From NCBI GenBank assembly GCA_034780895.1, contig JAUZTB010000070.1, forward strand, positions 26,852,505 through 26,916,504: a stretch of 64,000 bases of DNA. The letters run 5' to 3'. The translations under genes and the position numbers were made by a program. The notes beneath the pieces were generated by a model, which saw nothing but the letters and a program-made list of their open reading frames with translations, ran no database searches and was not told the DNA's origin. The stretch comes from Rhynchobatus australiae (taxonomy: Eukaryota). Positions 1 to 12,049 of the stretch are shown piece after piece. Position 1 is the first letter of the stretch. Each line of letters begins with the position of its first letter.

Positions 1-305
1 AAAATGAGGGAAAAATTTTTAAAGATAAGGAGGATCAGGTTGGCTAAACTATTCATTATTATTGTTTCACAGAAGCCTTATAAAAATATAGTATTTCTGC
101 TGAAAGCAAAACCTTGTTTCCAATTTGCTTGCTGCTGAATGACAGGACACACCAATCATAAGTGTGGGAAGAAGCTGACCCACCCTGCTCTGGTAGGAGA
201 GGCTGGAGGGGCTGAATGGTCCACTCATGTTCCTGTGTTGAAAGCCCTTGGCTAGTCTTTAACTTCTGTGTCCCGTGTTTTGGTTTTAATCGTTTTCTGT
301 GGGTT

Positions 306-669
306 AAGCTGGAAAGGATGCAGAAAAGATTCACAAGGACATTTCCGGGAATGGAGTCATAAGGAGAGACTGGAACTGTTGTGGCTGTTTCCTCTGGTGC
401 GTAGGAGACTGCAGGCTGACCTTGTAGAGGTATATAAAATCATGAGGGGCATAGGTAAGGTGAATGGTCGCGGTCTTTTCCCCAGGGTAGGGAAGTCTAA
501 AACTAGAGGGCATAGGTTTAAGGTGAAACTTAAAAGTGGCCTGGGGGTAAAGCTTTTCGCACAGAGGGTGGTGGGTATATGGAACGAGCTGTCAGAGGGG
601 GCAGTGGAGACGAGTATAATTACAATGTTTAAAAGACATTTGGACAGGAACGTGGATAGGAACGGTTTA
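306..669 (+). mobile_element. CR1-clade (HER1-like) LINE, 3' ORF2 fragment
   Basis: Translates to RRRLQADLVEVYKIMRG...TRGHRFKV...FAQRVVGIWNEL...FKRHLD, the typical CR1 ORF2 C-terminus; ends at an N gap. Confidence 0.85.
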
Positions 670-1579
670 NNNNNNNNNNNNNNNNNNNNNNNNNNNNNNN
701 NNNNNNNNNNNNNNNNNNNNNNNNNNNNNNNNNNNNNNNNNNNNNNNNNNNNNNNNNNNNNNNNNNNNNNNNNNNNNNNNGTGTAGTCCTATGACCTTAG
801 TACAGGAAATATGTTTCAGTGATAAGCACTTCAAAACCTTTGTTCCAAAAGCATTGTGACCTTTCCATTGCTGCGAGTGAGTTGGTCTCTACAGGTGGTC
901 GGTTCCAAGAGTAAGTACAATAGCCTGCACGTAATCTCACGTAGCAAATAAAAATGTGCCAAAGATTGCATCAGTGGTTTGAGCATAGCAAACCCCAGCA
1001 TCTGTTCCGAAATATCAGTCCAAGGTTGGCTGGAGGAGACAGCAGAAAATGTAAAAGCAAATTAAGGTCTTAAATTTAACTTTTCGGAGGAAAAACTTCT
1101 GTAAGATATAGGAATGGTTAGATCAGGCAGAAACAAAATCTGATCGGAATGGGACAACCAGTAGTAACAAAGAAACAAAATTATAGACCTGGAAATCACT
1201 TTATTACACATTAAAACTGTGCTCTGTGTTGCTCTAACGCAGTTTCAGAAGTTCCATAAATATCACAATCTTCACTTATGAGGTTCCCGAGACAGTGTTA
1301 CATGGCTACCCTGTAACAGTTTCAGCAGTCTCCTCTCTGTCGACTTATTGCGAGTTCTCACAACTGCCAGCACTTGCCCTCGCAGCTGCCACCATGGAAG
1401 CCAGCCCTTAAAGTGACATACACACATTACAAGTGACCGTCATCCAGCTACTGGGGAGTGTTACTGGTTAAAGAATGGATGCAGCGATATGGGAAGGGTG
1501 GTTGGACACTGCTCCCAGAGTGACAATGAGGCCTGGATAGCTGGTGCAGAAGAGTAATGTGTTCATTGTTGAATAGAGC

Positions 1580-2354
1580 CACTAAATGCAAGGTGTTGCA
1601 CTTTGGGAAGTCAAACCAGGGTAGGACTTTCACAGTGAATGGTAGGGCCCTGGGGAATGTTGCAGAACAGAGGGATCTAGGAGTACAAGAACATGGTTCC
1701 TTGAAAGTGGCATCAGAGGTAGACAGGGTGGTGAACAAGGCACTTGGCACACTGGCCTTCAGTTAGGCCATTGAGCATAGGAGTTGGGACGTAATGCTGC
1801 AGTTGTTCAAGGAATTTCCGAGGCTGCACTTAAAGTATTGTGTTCAGTTTGGGTCACCCTGTTATCAGAGAGACATATTTAAGCTGGAAAGAGTGTAAAG
1901 GAGATTTATGAGAACGTTGCCAGGATCTGAGGGCCTGAATTATAGCGAGAAGATGAGCAGGCTAGGACCTTGAGTGTAGGAGATTGAGGGGTAACCTTAC
2001 AGAGATGATTAAAATCACAAGGGGCGAATGCGGTCTTTTTCCCAGGGAAAGTGAATCAAAAGCTAGAGGACATAAGTTTAAGGTGAGAGGGTAAAAATTT
2101 AAAAGGCACCTGAGGGGCAACTTCTTCACGCAGAGGGTGGTGCGTGTGAGGAAGAAGCCGACAGAGGAAGTGGTTGAGGCAGGTACAACAGCAACATTTA
2201 AAGGACACTTGGACAGGTACATTGATCGTAAAGGCTTAGAGGGATATGAGCCAAACACAGGCAAATGGGACTGGCTTAGATAGGCATCTTGGTTGGCATG
2301 CACGAGTTGGGCCAGAGGCCTGTTTCTGTGCTGTGTTACTCTATGATTCTATGA
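1580..2354 (+). mobile_element. CR1-clade (HER1-like) LINE, 5'-truncated, with 3' tail
   Basis: KCKVLHFGKSNQGRTFTVNGRALGNVAEQRDLGV motif; frameshifted ORF2 end; tail ggcctgtttctgtgctgt followed by ctatga-type repeats. Confidence 0.85.
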
Positions 2355-2489
2355 CACAGGCACTGCTGATGGCAGTTTCCCAAGGGGTCTCTGTAAACAA
2401 CAATACTACATGAGTGCAATCTATGAATGCCAGCACTTTGACTGCAACACAGGCAAATCCCTGTGACCGTTCTGCCTGCTCCTGTGAAC

Positions 2490-3130
2490 TGAATTGGTAA
2501 TTGGTTTATTAGTGTCACACGTACCGAGATACAGTGAAAAACTTTGTTTTGCATACTATCCAGAAAGATAATTTCAAAACATATGGTGCATTGAGGTAGT
2601 ACAAAGGGAAGAGCGATAACAAAATGGACAATATAGGGCAGGCACGGTAGTGTAGTGGTTAGCGTAACACTATTACAGTGCCAGCGGCCTTGGTTCAATT
2701 CTGGTCATTGTCTGTAAGGAGTTTGCACATTCTCCCCGTGTCTGTGTGGGTTTCCTCCGGGTGCTCCGGTTTCCTCCCACATNNNNNNNNNNNNNNNNNN
2801 NNNNNNNNNNNNNNNNNNNNNNNNNNNNNNNNNNNNNNNNNNNNNNNNNNNNNNNNNNNNNNNNNNNNNNNNNNNNNNNNNNCTCCCACATTCCAAAGAC
2901 GTACGGGTTAGGAAGTTGCGGGTGTGCTATGTTGGCGCCGGAAGCGTGGCGACACTTGCGGGCTGCCCCCAGAACACTCTACGCAGAAGATTCATTTCAC
3001 TGTGTGTTTCGATGTACCTGTGACTAATAAAGAAATCTTAATATAGTTTTGCATTTACAGAGAAGGTGCAGTGCAGGGAGACAATAAGGACCGAGGGCCA
3101 TGACAAGGTAGATTGTGAAGTCAAGAGTTC
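2490..3130 (-). mobile_element. LINE 3' tail fragment interrupted by a V-SINE
   Basis: Both halves (2490-2636, 3040-3130) align by eye to the uninterrupted copy at ~63360-63575. Confidence 0.65.
2637..3039 (+). mobile_element. tRNA-derived V-SINE (HE1-related)
   Basis: Pol III A/B-box head (ggtagtgtagtggttagc; ggttcaattc), V-domain ttctccccgtgtctgtgtgggtttcctccgggtgctccggtttcctcccac, 7-bp TSD aatatag (2630-2636, 3040-3046). Confidence 0.85.
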
Positions 3131-5582
3131 ACGTAGGTGAAACCTTCTCTCCTCGAGTATGAAGCATGGGTGACCTCTGTAAGGCAGCTGTGAACAGCAA
3201 ACTGAGAGTTGTGCAGAGATCAGCAGCTGCAGCCTGCAATGGCCCTGAGGCTAGGCTGCTGAGAGTGACCATGACCTTCACCCCCATGGACAGAGCAGAC
3301 CAGGCATGTGGGTAAAGCTGTATTTGAGGTGACAGGAGACCACAGAAGATAAAAGAATGCATTTTGAGTATTAGGCCTTCGAACAGCATGGTTTGAGGGA
3401 AAACAGAGTTAGTCAAAGCTAGTTGCTTAGTGAGTAAATAAGAACAGTCATTTCTCAGAGCGGTGGGGTTGAAAATCACGCTGGAAATGTATCCTGAACC
3501 TTGTATTATTGTTGAGATCATTTGGGGTGTTTTACACCAGAAAAAAATTGTAAGGAAGCTCTTAGTAGAAGGGAATACTTTGTGAATGCAATCCATAAAC
3601 TCCAGCCCTTTGGCGAAGCCCGCAAAATGGGAAGATTCCAAGGCCTCCTGATAAAAATCCCACCAAAACAATCAGGAGTTGAATTTCCCAATCGGCTCTA
3701 AGAAACCCACAAGTGGGCAACATTGCTTTACTCCTGTTTATGCCAATTTTCTGCTGCATCATGATGTTGTTCTTTTTGAGTTGCACACAGAAATTACTAA
3801 GCCATTGTTTTAAAATTGAAGTGGCCTTGTGAATGTTTAAGTTTAATGCACCATTTAGCAGCTGTAAATTATAATGGGAGTAGAGAAAGAAAGGTTTGTA
3901 CTTGTAAAACATTTTTCAAAATCTCTTGACACCCCAAGCGCTCTGTAGCAAAGGAAGTATTTCTGAAGTACCATCGTTGCTGCAATATCTCAAGGCCAGA
4001 ATTTCCGAGGTAAGGTCAGCATGAATGTGCTCGACATCAAAGCAGCAACAGATTGATTGTGAATGCTGGTAAAATTGGAGTCTGACCTCGTATCTCTTGA
4101 ATGAATTTAAATGAAAAGCAAAAGCATTCAACTAATGGCTCAGATGTACTGGGGGACGGCCATGCTGTGGACACAAGTAACAGAGCAGATTCTCGATTTG
4201 CTACTGGGGTATAAAAGTGAAAATGGGGATTGGCCAGTCCTTATAGAAACAATAACAGGTGGTAGGAGCATGGAATACTTTTCTGTGGATGAATCCATGA
4301 TAAAAATCAGGGTGCCAATCAATTGCAGCTATTACATAGGATTAACATGTAAAGTGATTGTGAATAATGATTGTTGCTTTAAGGCTACCACCCCTTTAAA
4401 TATTGTGTCATGTAACTAACTGCTCTCTGGTTTGCAATAATGTTTGTCAGAAGTACCTGAGCCATTCAGTCTGTGAAGAGCCTTTAAAGAAACTATATGA
4501 ACTTTGTTTGAGCTCCTCATGAATTAATTGGAAATGTCTGCAGATTCTGCAATGGGTTTCTTTGCAGATGAAGAATTCACTGAAAATACATCCTGTACAA
4601 ATAGGATTGCAAACGAATGCATTAATCTTTTAATGAGTTAGTCAAAGAAATGCAGTGCAGTAATTTAACAACATAAGTTTTTGTGCAATCCCTCCCATGA
4701 ACCAAATCTCGCCTGCCATATCTGCTTGGAATCCCAGCCACCAGGCCCACCCCTGTGACTGCACCTTCCTCCCCACCCCAGCCCCTCTTTCCTGCCACCC
4801 TCAGCCAACAGCTTGTCAGGGATTCACTTGACAAATTTGCCATGGGCATTCCAGCCCACGCCACAGTAACTTCAGCTTGAACACCACACTGTCCCAGCCT
4901 GAGTGAGACAGAAGTGGATTGTTCAAAGAAAAACATTTTACTAATGCCTCAAACAGGCCAAATTCAGGCTGCCATGGTTCCTCACAGCCCTGATCATCAA
5001 ACTGACTGGGTCATTGACTTGTTGCCTGTGCTGGACCCCTCGTACCTGACGTCTCATGTTTTATTTACCAGACTATTGAAGAAAAGCCAAGAGCTTTCCC
5101 ATTTAACTTAAATGGAGTATTAAAGGCAAAGGACTAACCATTGGGATTAATGAGCGATGTTTTGTTAATCATGAATTCCAATCACCTGACAGCCATAGTA
5201 AAAGTACTCAAAGCTCATCCACGACCACCAATCTATGAAGTCAACCCTAAAGGCCAGACCAGCCAAACAAGTGTGCCCATGGAATGTGTGATACACAGAG
5301 AATCCAGCTAGGACCCAATTCCAAGTTCTCAACTGAAATGGGACTGGTCAACACGAGAACAAAACATTGTGATATTTGCGCTTATTCCTCTTCGAGTGTC
5401 ATTGATTACAGGTGTAGTTCAAGACAATGACAGATGAATATTTTTGTTTTCATCCTTTTGATGGAAAATAAGAAAAAACGCACTTGAAAAACAGTAAACC
5501 CCAGGGTAATTTCATGCCCTGAAATCTACGTGCAGAAAGAGAATGTTACTGACTTTCTCCTAGCTCACAGAATGACTCATAG

Positions 5583-5830
5583 TCCAAGTCAAGTCGAGTT
5601 CATTGTCACATGCACAAGTACATGCGTGCACAGGTGCAATGAAAAACTTACTTGCAGCAGCATCACAGGCACATAGCATCAGATAAGCAGCATTCACAAG
5701 AAAAGCATAAATTAAACATAAATCATACACAATTTTTACAAGAAAGAACACAATTAGAACAAAAAAAAGTCCATTTTAGTGCAAAGTGATCAAAGTGGTT
5801 ATAGTATTGCTCAACTGTAATGGTTAGGGT
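5583..5830 (-). mobile_element. Rex1-type LINE 3' tail
   Basis: Reverse complement of the tail attached to the Rex1-like ORF remnant at 25110-25680; ends in cttga-type short repeats. Confidence 0.7.
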
Positions 5831-6574
5831 CTTGACTGTAAAGGCTCTTAAGATAATGGAGCTACTAACCGACTGCCGTTGTCCCACAGGATTACTTCCT
5901 TCATGGCAATTATTCAAGACTTTAAAACTAAACTGAATGCTGCAGTTGATTCTTTTGGTTGGTCCACATTGGACACCAAAATTATCTTTTTCAAATATCT
6001 GACCTTTCCTCCTACCTCAAGATCCAAAGCTAACATTATATTGTCCATGGACCCATTTGAAATAACCAAACAGGCATATGTATTACCTACACTGTATGAA
6101 CGTGTTACTAACTGTGTATAAAATAAATATGAGCTTTGGACTTTCACCAAAGAAAAATTGTTGCAGTGCACATAACATGAATTATCAATGCAATGTTCTG
6201 ATGTCTACTTCTACTTGTGGGTAATGATTTGTATTAGAGATAGGCAAATAGAAAATTCAGGTGAATAAGTTCATTTTGGAGAATGAGATAAAGATATATC
6301 ACACTATATTAGCTCTTACATGTTACTTTGATTGACACTTATGAGGAATTTTTTTTACAAACTATTGTATTTTTTGCCTATTAATATGTGATTAAGGCTG
6401 CTGAGCAACAATAAAATGAATCACAGTTAATGTTACAATTAAAGATTAATCATAAGTTTTAATCACATTGTTACACGATCGTAAGTAACAGTGTTTTTGA
6501 ATGGACCAAAGGAAAACAATTTTCCTTAACAATCTCTAGTGTTATCATTTAAAACAGTCCATGGGTACAAATCC

Positions 6575-6732
6575 ACTGGAGACACCAGAGAGTGCAGATG
6601 CTGGAATCTGGAGCAACAAATAATCTGCTGGGGCAGATCTTATCCTGATGCAGGGTTCCAACCCAAAACATTGACAATTCCTTACCTCCTACAGATGCTG
6701 CTTGACCTGTTGAGCTCCTCCAGCAGATTGTT
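6575..6732. mobile_element. Penelope-derived short fold-back element with degenerate hammerhead motif
   Basis: PLE terminal sequence gatgctggaatctggagcaac... in inverted arrangement; cctgatgcagggttccaacccaaaac is a decayed HHR core; 11-bp TSD ggtacaaatcc (6564-6574, 6733-6743). Confidence 0.75.
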
Positions 6733-7348
6733 GGTACAAATCCTCTTGAGGACTTGTACCTTTCTCTGTAACCTCTGCCTGTCCTATAGCTCCCAGATCT
6801 CAGCATTCCTCCAATTCTGGCTTCCCGTGCATCCCCAGTTTCCTTCACCCCGACAACGATGATGGGTGGTCCATCACCAAGGGGTTTGGATGTAGCCAAC
6901 CACTAAACAAACAGTAGTTTTCTTGAATGAGATACTGAAAGGGGAAAAGAAGGGAGATAAATAGAGAGGAGGGAGAGGTAGAGCAGGAGAAGCAAAAGGA
7001 AAGTGTGGAGAGCGAGGGGGGGTGGGGAGGAAGATCGTGATGGAGAGCACAGAGAGAGTGGGGAGAAATGGGCACCAGATACCTTAAGTTGGGCCTTGGA
7101 TAGTTGTTCTGATCAGTTCTACTCAAAGTAACTGTCACAGAACACAGGAACTCCAACAGTGATTACAAGGAGCAGAGGAACTCGGTACATGTGGTGCTTG
7201 TATTTTATACGTCCTCTGACAACATGAAATACTGTATATACAAGTACACTACAACAGAGTGAGAGTGGGAGGGGGAACAGAGGGAGTATGAGACAGAGAG
7301 GAAGGGAGAAGATGATTGCAAGAAGGGGTGAGGGGGTGGGAGAGGAAA

Positions 7349-7645
7349 ATAGTCACAGTCTTTTTCCCAGGGTAGGGGAGTCTAAAGCNNNNNNNNNNNN
7401 GAGAGGGAAAAGATTTAAAGGGGATCCAAGGAGTACATTTTTCACGCAGATGGTTGTGCATATATGGAACAAGCGGTCAGAGGAGGTGGCAGAGGCGGGT
7501 ACAATTTCAGCATTTAAAAGACATTTGGACAGGTACATGGATAGGAGAGGTTTAGAGGGTTATGGGCCAAATGGGATTAGTATAGATAGGCACCTTGGTT
7601 GGCATGGACGAGTTTCCTGGCTATATAGCTCCAAGGATCTATGAA
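7349..7645 (+). mobile_element. CR1-clade LINE 3' fragment
   Basis: SHSLFPRVGESK...FFTQMVVHIWNK...FKRHLDRYMDRRGLEGYGPN. Confidence 0.85.
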
Positions 7646-7764
7646 ATCTATAAATTGTGCAAAGAAATAATGGAAGCCAAATTGAGGGGAACACAAAATG
7701 GGGGTGAGAGTCCATTTGTTGCTGTTTGTTCCTTTAATTCCATACTCTGCTGTGTAAAGACTAT

Positions 7765-7977
7765 TACAGGTCCTCGCCAAGTCAGGGCAGGCTTCTGTTC
7801 CCGTGAACTGTCCGTAACGAGAACGGTTCGAAAATCGGAAATGCCACCACAAACCGAGTTCCCACATGGCAGAAGATGCCTGCAGCCTCACAGCAGCCGG
7901 CAAATCCATCTGACTGGTTTCCCAAACACTCGCTCGTATCTACGGGCAGTACACAAGTCGGGCATTCATAACCTGTA
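7765..7977 (-). mobile_element. TcMar/Tigger-like MITE (same family as 14490-14879)
   Basis: Starts TA-CAGG; both ends match the reverse complement of the ends of the element at 14490-14879. Confidence 0.6.
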
Positions 7978-8964
7978 TGTACATTACAGCTAACTTTCTG
8001 AGGCAATTCTTAGTCTGCTATGGATCATCCTTCAGTTACAAGGGTGTAGAAAACTATCTACCTCACACTTCTGCTTTCCACTTAAACACCGCTGAAGCAA
8101 TTTACTATTGTAATGGACTATTTCTCGTGTTCCGACTAATGGGTCCAGCAAAATTCACCCACAGAGGGAATCGGAAGTTGTAGAAGGGCTTGAATTCAGG
8201 TTTTCTGAAGGGGTCCCCTTCAGCTTGCAAAGTGACTGGACAAATTACTTATCAGGGAAAATGGTCTTTATGTGGAGCAGCCTTCAGTTGAAAACTGCCC
8301 ACGCAATTGAAAGCATGCTCTGTGAGGTACAGTATGTGATGTTGTGACATTTGATTAGTCCTTTAAGCAGTGAATATCTGGCCTTAAATCTGCAATTAAC
8401 TCTTCTCAGTAAATGTTAATATTAAAATAACGACATTCACAGATCTAAATAACACTTTAAAACAAATGTTTCCTTTAACAGCACATTACGTTTGTTTTTT
8501 CCCCCTTTTGGTTAGTTCCTATTCACATCCAATTCCCAACCATCCTGCTGAAATTCCGCTCCCCAGAAATCCTTGACAGCCAAAAAGACAAACAGGAAAA
8601 GAACAGGAAAACATCCCAGAAGATTTCCACCACAGCTCTTGAGTAAACAGTTTGGAGCTCAGTTTCTAATTTTGGTTCTTTCTCTGGACACAAGATAGGA
8701 TCAGAATTTTTCAGCAAAAGAAAATTCATCCCTCCACAGCTACACTGGTTCTCTGATGGAGCTACCCTGCTCAAATCACCATTGTTCTCCACACCCTTGT
8801 AAAAACAATTGAGAACTCTGCCTCCACTATTTTTTATTGCTGAGGATTTCACGTTCTAACAAACATCAATGCAATTTTCCCACATCCTCTCCGAATATTC
8901 TTTTAGTAATAAACCTAAAATAAAGTTCTGGTTGCCATCTTCTTATCATTCTCAGTACCTAGAC

Positions 8965-9950
8965 ACGTAGGATCGTAATTAGGCCATTTGTTGCTCCACA
9001 TCTGTATCTAAGTCCTGCCTTGGCTTCATATCCTTTGATAATTTTATCTTAAAAAAATCTAATAATCTCAGATTTAAATTACCAAGTTGAATTGAGCTGA
9101 ATTCCCTCTGCCACCGTGATGTGCGAAATGAAATTCCTACCCTTCCGCATTCATCTGGTCCAGGGGTAACAAAGGTGTCCCTCTGAACTTGGGAGGCATC
9201 ACAGGACCTCAGTGGTGATTAGGCCAGAGGTGTCATCCTGCTGAAATTCCAACACCCCCCCCCCAGAATCCTTGACAGCTTTCGACAAGAGATAAATCAG
9301 AGGGCAAAATATTGACTACCCATTGACTGGAATCTGTCTCCCAGCTTGTCCAAGATTTATGGTAGGTCAACATGAATATGGTATGACTTTATCTAGAGGG
9401 GCAAATGTCAAAGGTTGCCTTTGGAACCTCCAGCCAAGTCTAGCACAATTCAGCTCATTAACTGAGTTATTTCCAGCTGCTTCCTATGAAAGATGACTCC
9501 ACACTTCCACAACTTTTCATAATGGAGCATCCCCTATGTCTCTTCAATGGCCTGGCTTTGGTTTGAAGTTCACATCCCTTTGTCCTAGACTCCCCCATCA
9601 GCAGAAAAAGTCATCTCTACCTACTTTATCAATTCCTTTCAAAATCCCAATAACCTCCATTGTCACTTTTTTAAATTCCAAAGAGTGAAAGCCTGCTTCA
9701 TGTAATCTCTTCTCAAATGTTTGTATGATTTGTGTTATACTACTCCCAAAACCAATTTATTTCCTCATACAAAATAAAACAGTTGTGATCTAACAAAGGC
9801 TTCGTAAAACTTTAGGTTTAAACCTTCCTGTTTTATTCTAACCTTCTGTATAGAAAGGCTAATAATCCATTTGTATTTTTGATAATCTTTTGTTCTTGCC
9901 CATTACAGGTAGTAAGCAGCTTACCTAGATCCTGAATCCTTTTCAACCTA
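8965..9950 (-). mobile_element. Highly decayed CR1-like LINE 3' region
   Basis: Patches resembling CR1 antisense 3' sequence (aggccatt..., ctaataatctcagatttaaatt, tgtcctagactccccca). Confidence 0.45.
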
Positions 9951-10071
9951 CCCTGTTCCCACATTTCTACTTTTAAAATACACAGGTTTATACTTTTCTA
10001 ACCATGTGACCCTCTTTCATCCTCAAATAATATCAAATATTTGTGAGCAAATCCTTTTATGTATATGAATT

Positions 10072-10815
10072 CATTGAGGGGTTAGTGATGGAAATGGGGA
10101 GCAGCTTCAAGTTCCTGGGGGTCAACATCTCAGAGGATCTATCTTGAGCTCAACACATTGGCATGCCTCCTTCGTGATTCATCAGTGGCTCTACTTTGTT
10201 AGGAGTTTGAGGAGATTTGGTAGGTCACCAAGGACTCTTGCAAATTTCTACAGATATACAGTGGAGAGTATTCTGACCGGATGCATCAAAGCCTGGTATG
10301 GAGGCTCCAATGCACAGGATTATAAGAGGCTGCAGAGGGTTGTAGACTCAGCCAGCTCCATCATGGGCACGACCCTCCCCGCCATCACAGACATCTTCAA
10401 GAGGCGGTGTCTCAAGATGGTGGCATCCATCATGAAGGACCATCACCATCTGGGACATGCCCTCTTCTCATTACTACCGTCAGGAAGGAGGTACAGGAGT
10501 CTGAAGACCCACATTCAACATTTCAGGAACAGCTTCTTCCCCTCCACCATCAGATTTCTGAATGGTCCATGAACCCATGAACACTACCCTGTTATCCCTG
10601 TTTTGCACTAGTTATTTATTTTTGTAACTTATCAGTGATAATGANNNNNNNNNNATGAACCCATGAACACTACCTTGCTATTTCCTCTTGTGCACTATTT
10701 ATTTATTTTTGTAATTTATAGTAATTTTCATATTTTTATATCTTGCACTGTACTGCTGCCACATAACAACAAATTTCATGACATATGTCAGTGATAATAA
10801 ACCTGATTCTGATTT
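10072..10815 (+). mobile_element. Rex1/Rex-Babar-clade LINE, 3' fragment
   Basis: ORF 10144-10572: LYFVRSLRRFG...NFYRYTVESILTGCIKAWYG...LFSLLPSGRRYRS...NSFFPSTIRFLN; tail aataaacctgattctgatt. Confidence 0.85.
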
Positions 10816-11349
10816 TGGAGTTTGTCATGGTTAATACATTGTTAGCAAACATTAAAAAATGTGGTTAGTCTTCCTCTTAATGCACAATTACATCTTCATC
10901 TTATACTATTAATTCATCTCACTAAGAGTTCATTATTATAAAATGATAATCATCAAGCCAACAGCTTTGGCTGAGAAAGTCCCCATATCTTGCCAAAATT
11001 TTGCAGTGAGGCTAATCTCTCAGTAAAATCATTGCAGGTTTAGATGAGCAATATGGTAAATGTTTTCTGAGAAACGCACAGGATTAGTGCTAACAAGCAA
11101 ATTGAGATAATTAATACCTGGTGTTATCTTAAACATTATTGTGGGCCTGAGGAAATCATTGAATTTGTACCTACATTTAAGCTAAAACTAATACCTTAAT
11201 ATGTTAACTCAGTTGGAACTTAACACCATACACAGTAGTTAACACAGTTTATTGCAAACACTGAAATAAGGGTATTTCATATATTCTTATTGAATCACAA
11301 AAAATTTATTCAGTAATTCATTGATGTTACGTAAATCTGTTGATTCCCA

Positions 11350-11880
11350 CTTTTAGCTTTCTGTCCAGGAAACAATTCTCAATCCATCTCTGTATATTAA
11401 CTCAAATTCCATGTGCTCTAATCTTGTTGGCCAAACCTCCTGTGTAGGATTTTGTTGAAAGCCTTCCAAAAAGCCAAATACACCATGTCCATTGGTTTCC
11501 CCCTTAACTATTCTACTGGTTGCATCCACAAAGAACTTCAGCAGATTAGTCAAATGTGATGTTCCTTTCATAAATCCAAGTTGCCTCTGCTCAATCCTAT
11601 TATCCTTTTCAAGGTTTTCCATTATGATATCCTTCATTTTAGATTCCAGCATTTTCCCAACCACATTAGGCTAACAGGTTGGTAGTTGCCTGATTTTTTT
11701 TCTCTGACTCTTGTCTTAAATTCTGGGGTCATATTTGCTCCCTCAAATCCACAGGAAGAATTCCAGAATCCCTAGAACTGTGGAAGATGAAAAGCAGAGC
11801 ATCCATGATCTCCAAAGATACCTGCTTCAAAATTCTGGGGACACAGACCGCCACTTCCTGAGGATTTATCAGCATTCAAG
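11350..11880 (-). mobile_element. CR1-clade LINE RT-domain fragment
   Basis: VGKMLES...QLGFMKGTSHLTNLLKFF (consensus QHGFxKGRSCLTNLLEFF). Confidence 0.8.
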
Positions 11881-12049
11881 CTTATCATCTACACCAATAC
11901 GTGAAATAGAAATCAAAAAACTTAAGAATGTAAAAATCTGGAAAAAGTTCCCAGAAAATTCTGGAATCACGCAGCAGGTCAGGCAGCATCTATAGAAAGA
12001 GAAANNNNNNNNNNACCATTTTTTTACTGCTTACTGCTCACTGATGTGA

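Noticed and set aside
1388-1411. Perfect Kozak context gccaccATGG
   Set aside because: The ORF is only MEASP* and there is no promoter or exon context.
2774-2891. ctcccacat repeated on both sides of a 100-N gap
   Set aside because: Most likely a contig overlap inside one SINE rather than a real duplication.
3129-3671. 180-aa minus-strand ORF
   Set aside because: No recognisable domain, and no supporting exon chain; probably a chance ORF.
10568-10815. Apparent tandem duplication of the Rex1 3' tail
   Set aside because: The two copies flank a 10-N gap, so a scaffolding artefact or two joined copies cannot be excluded.
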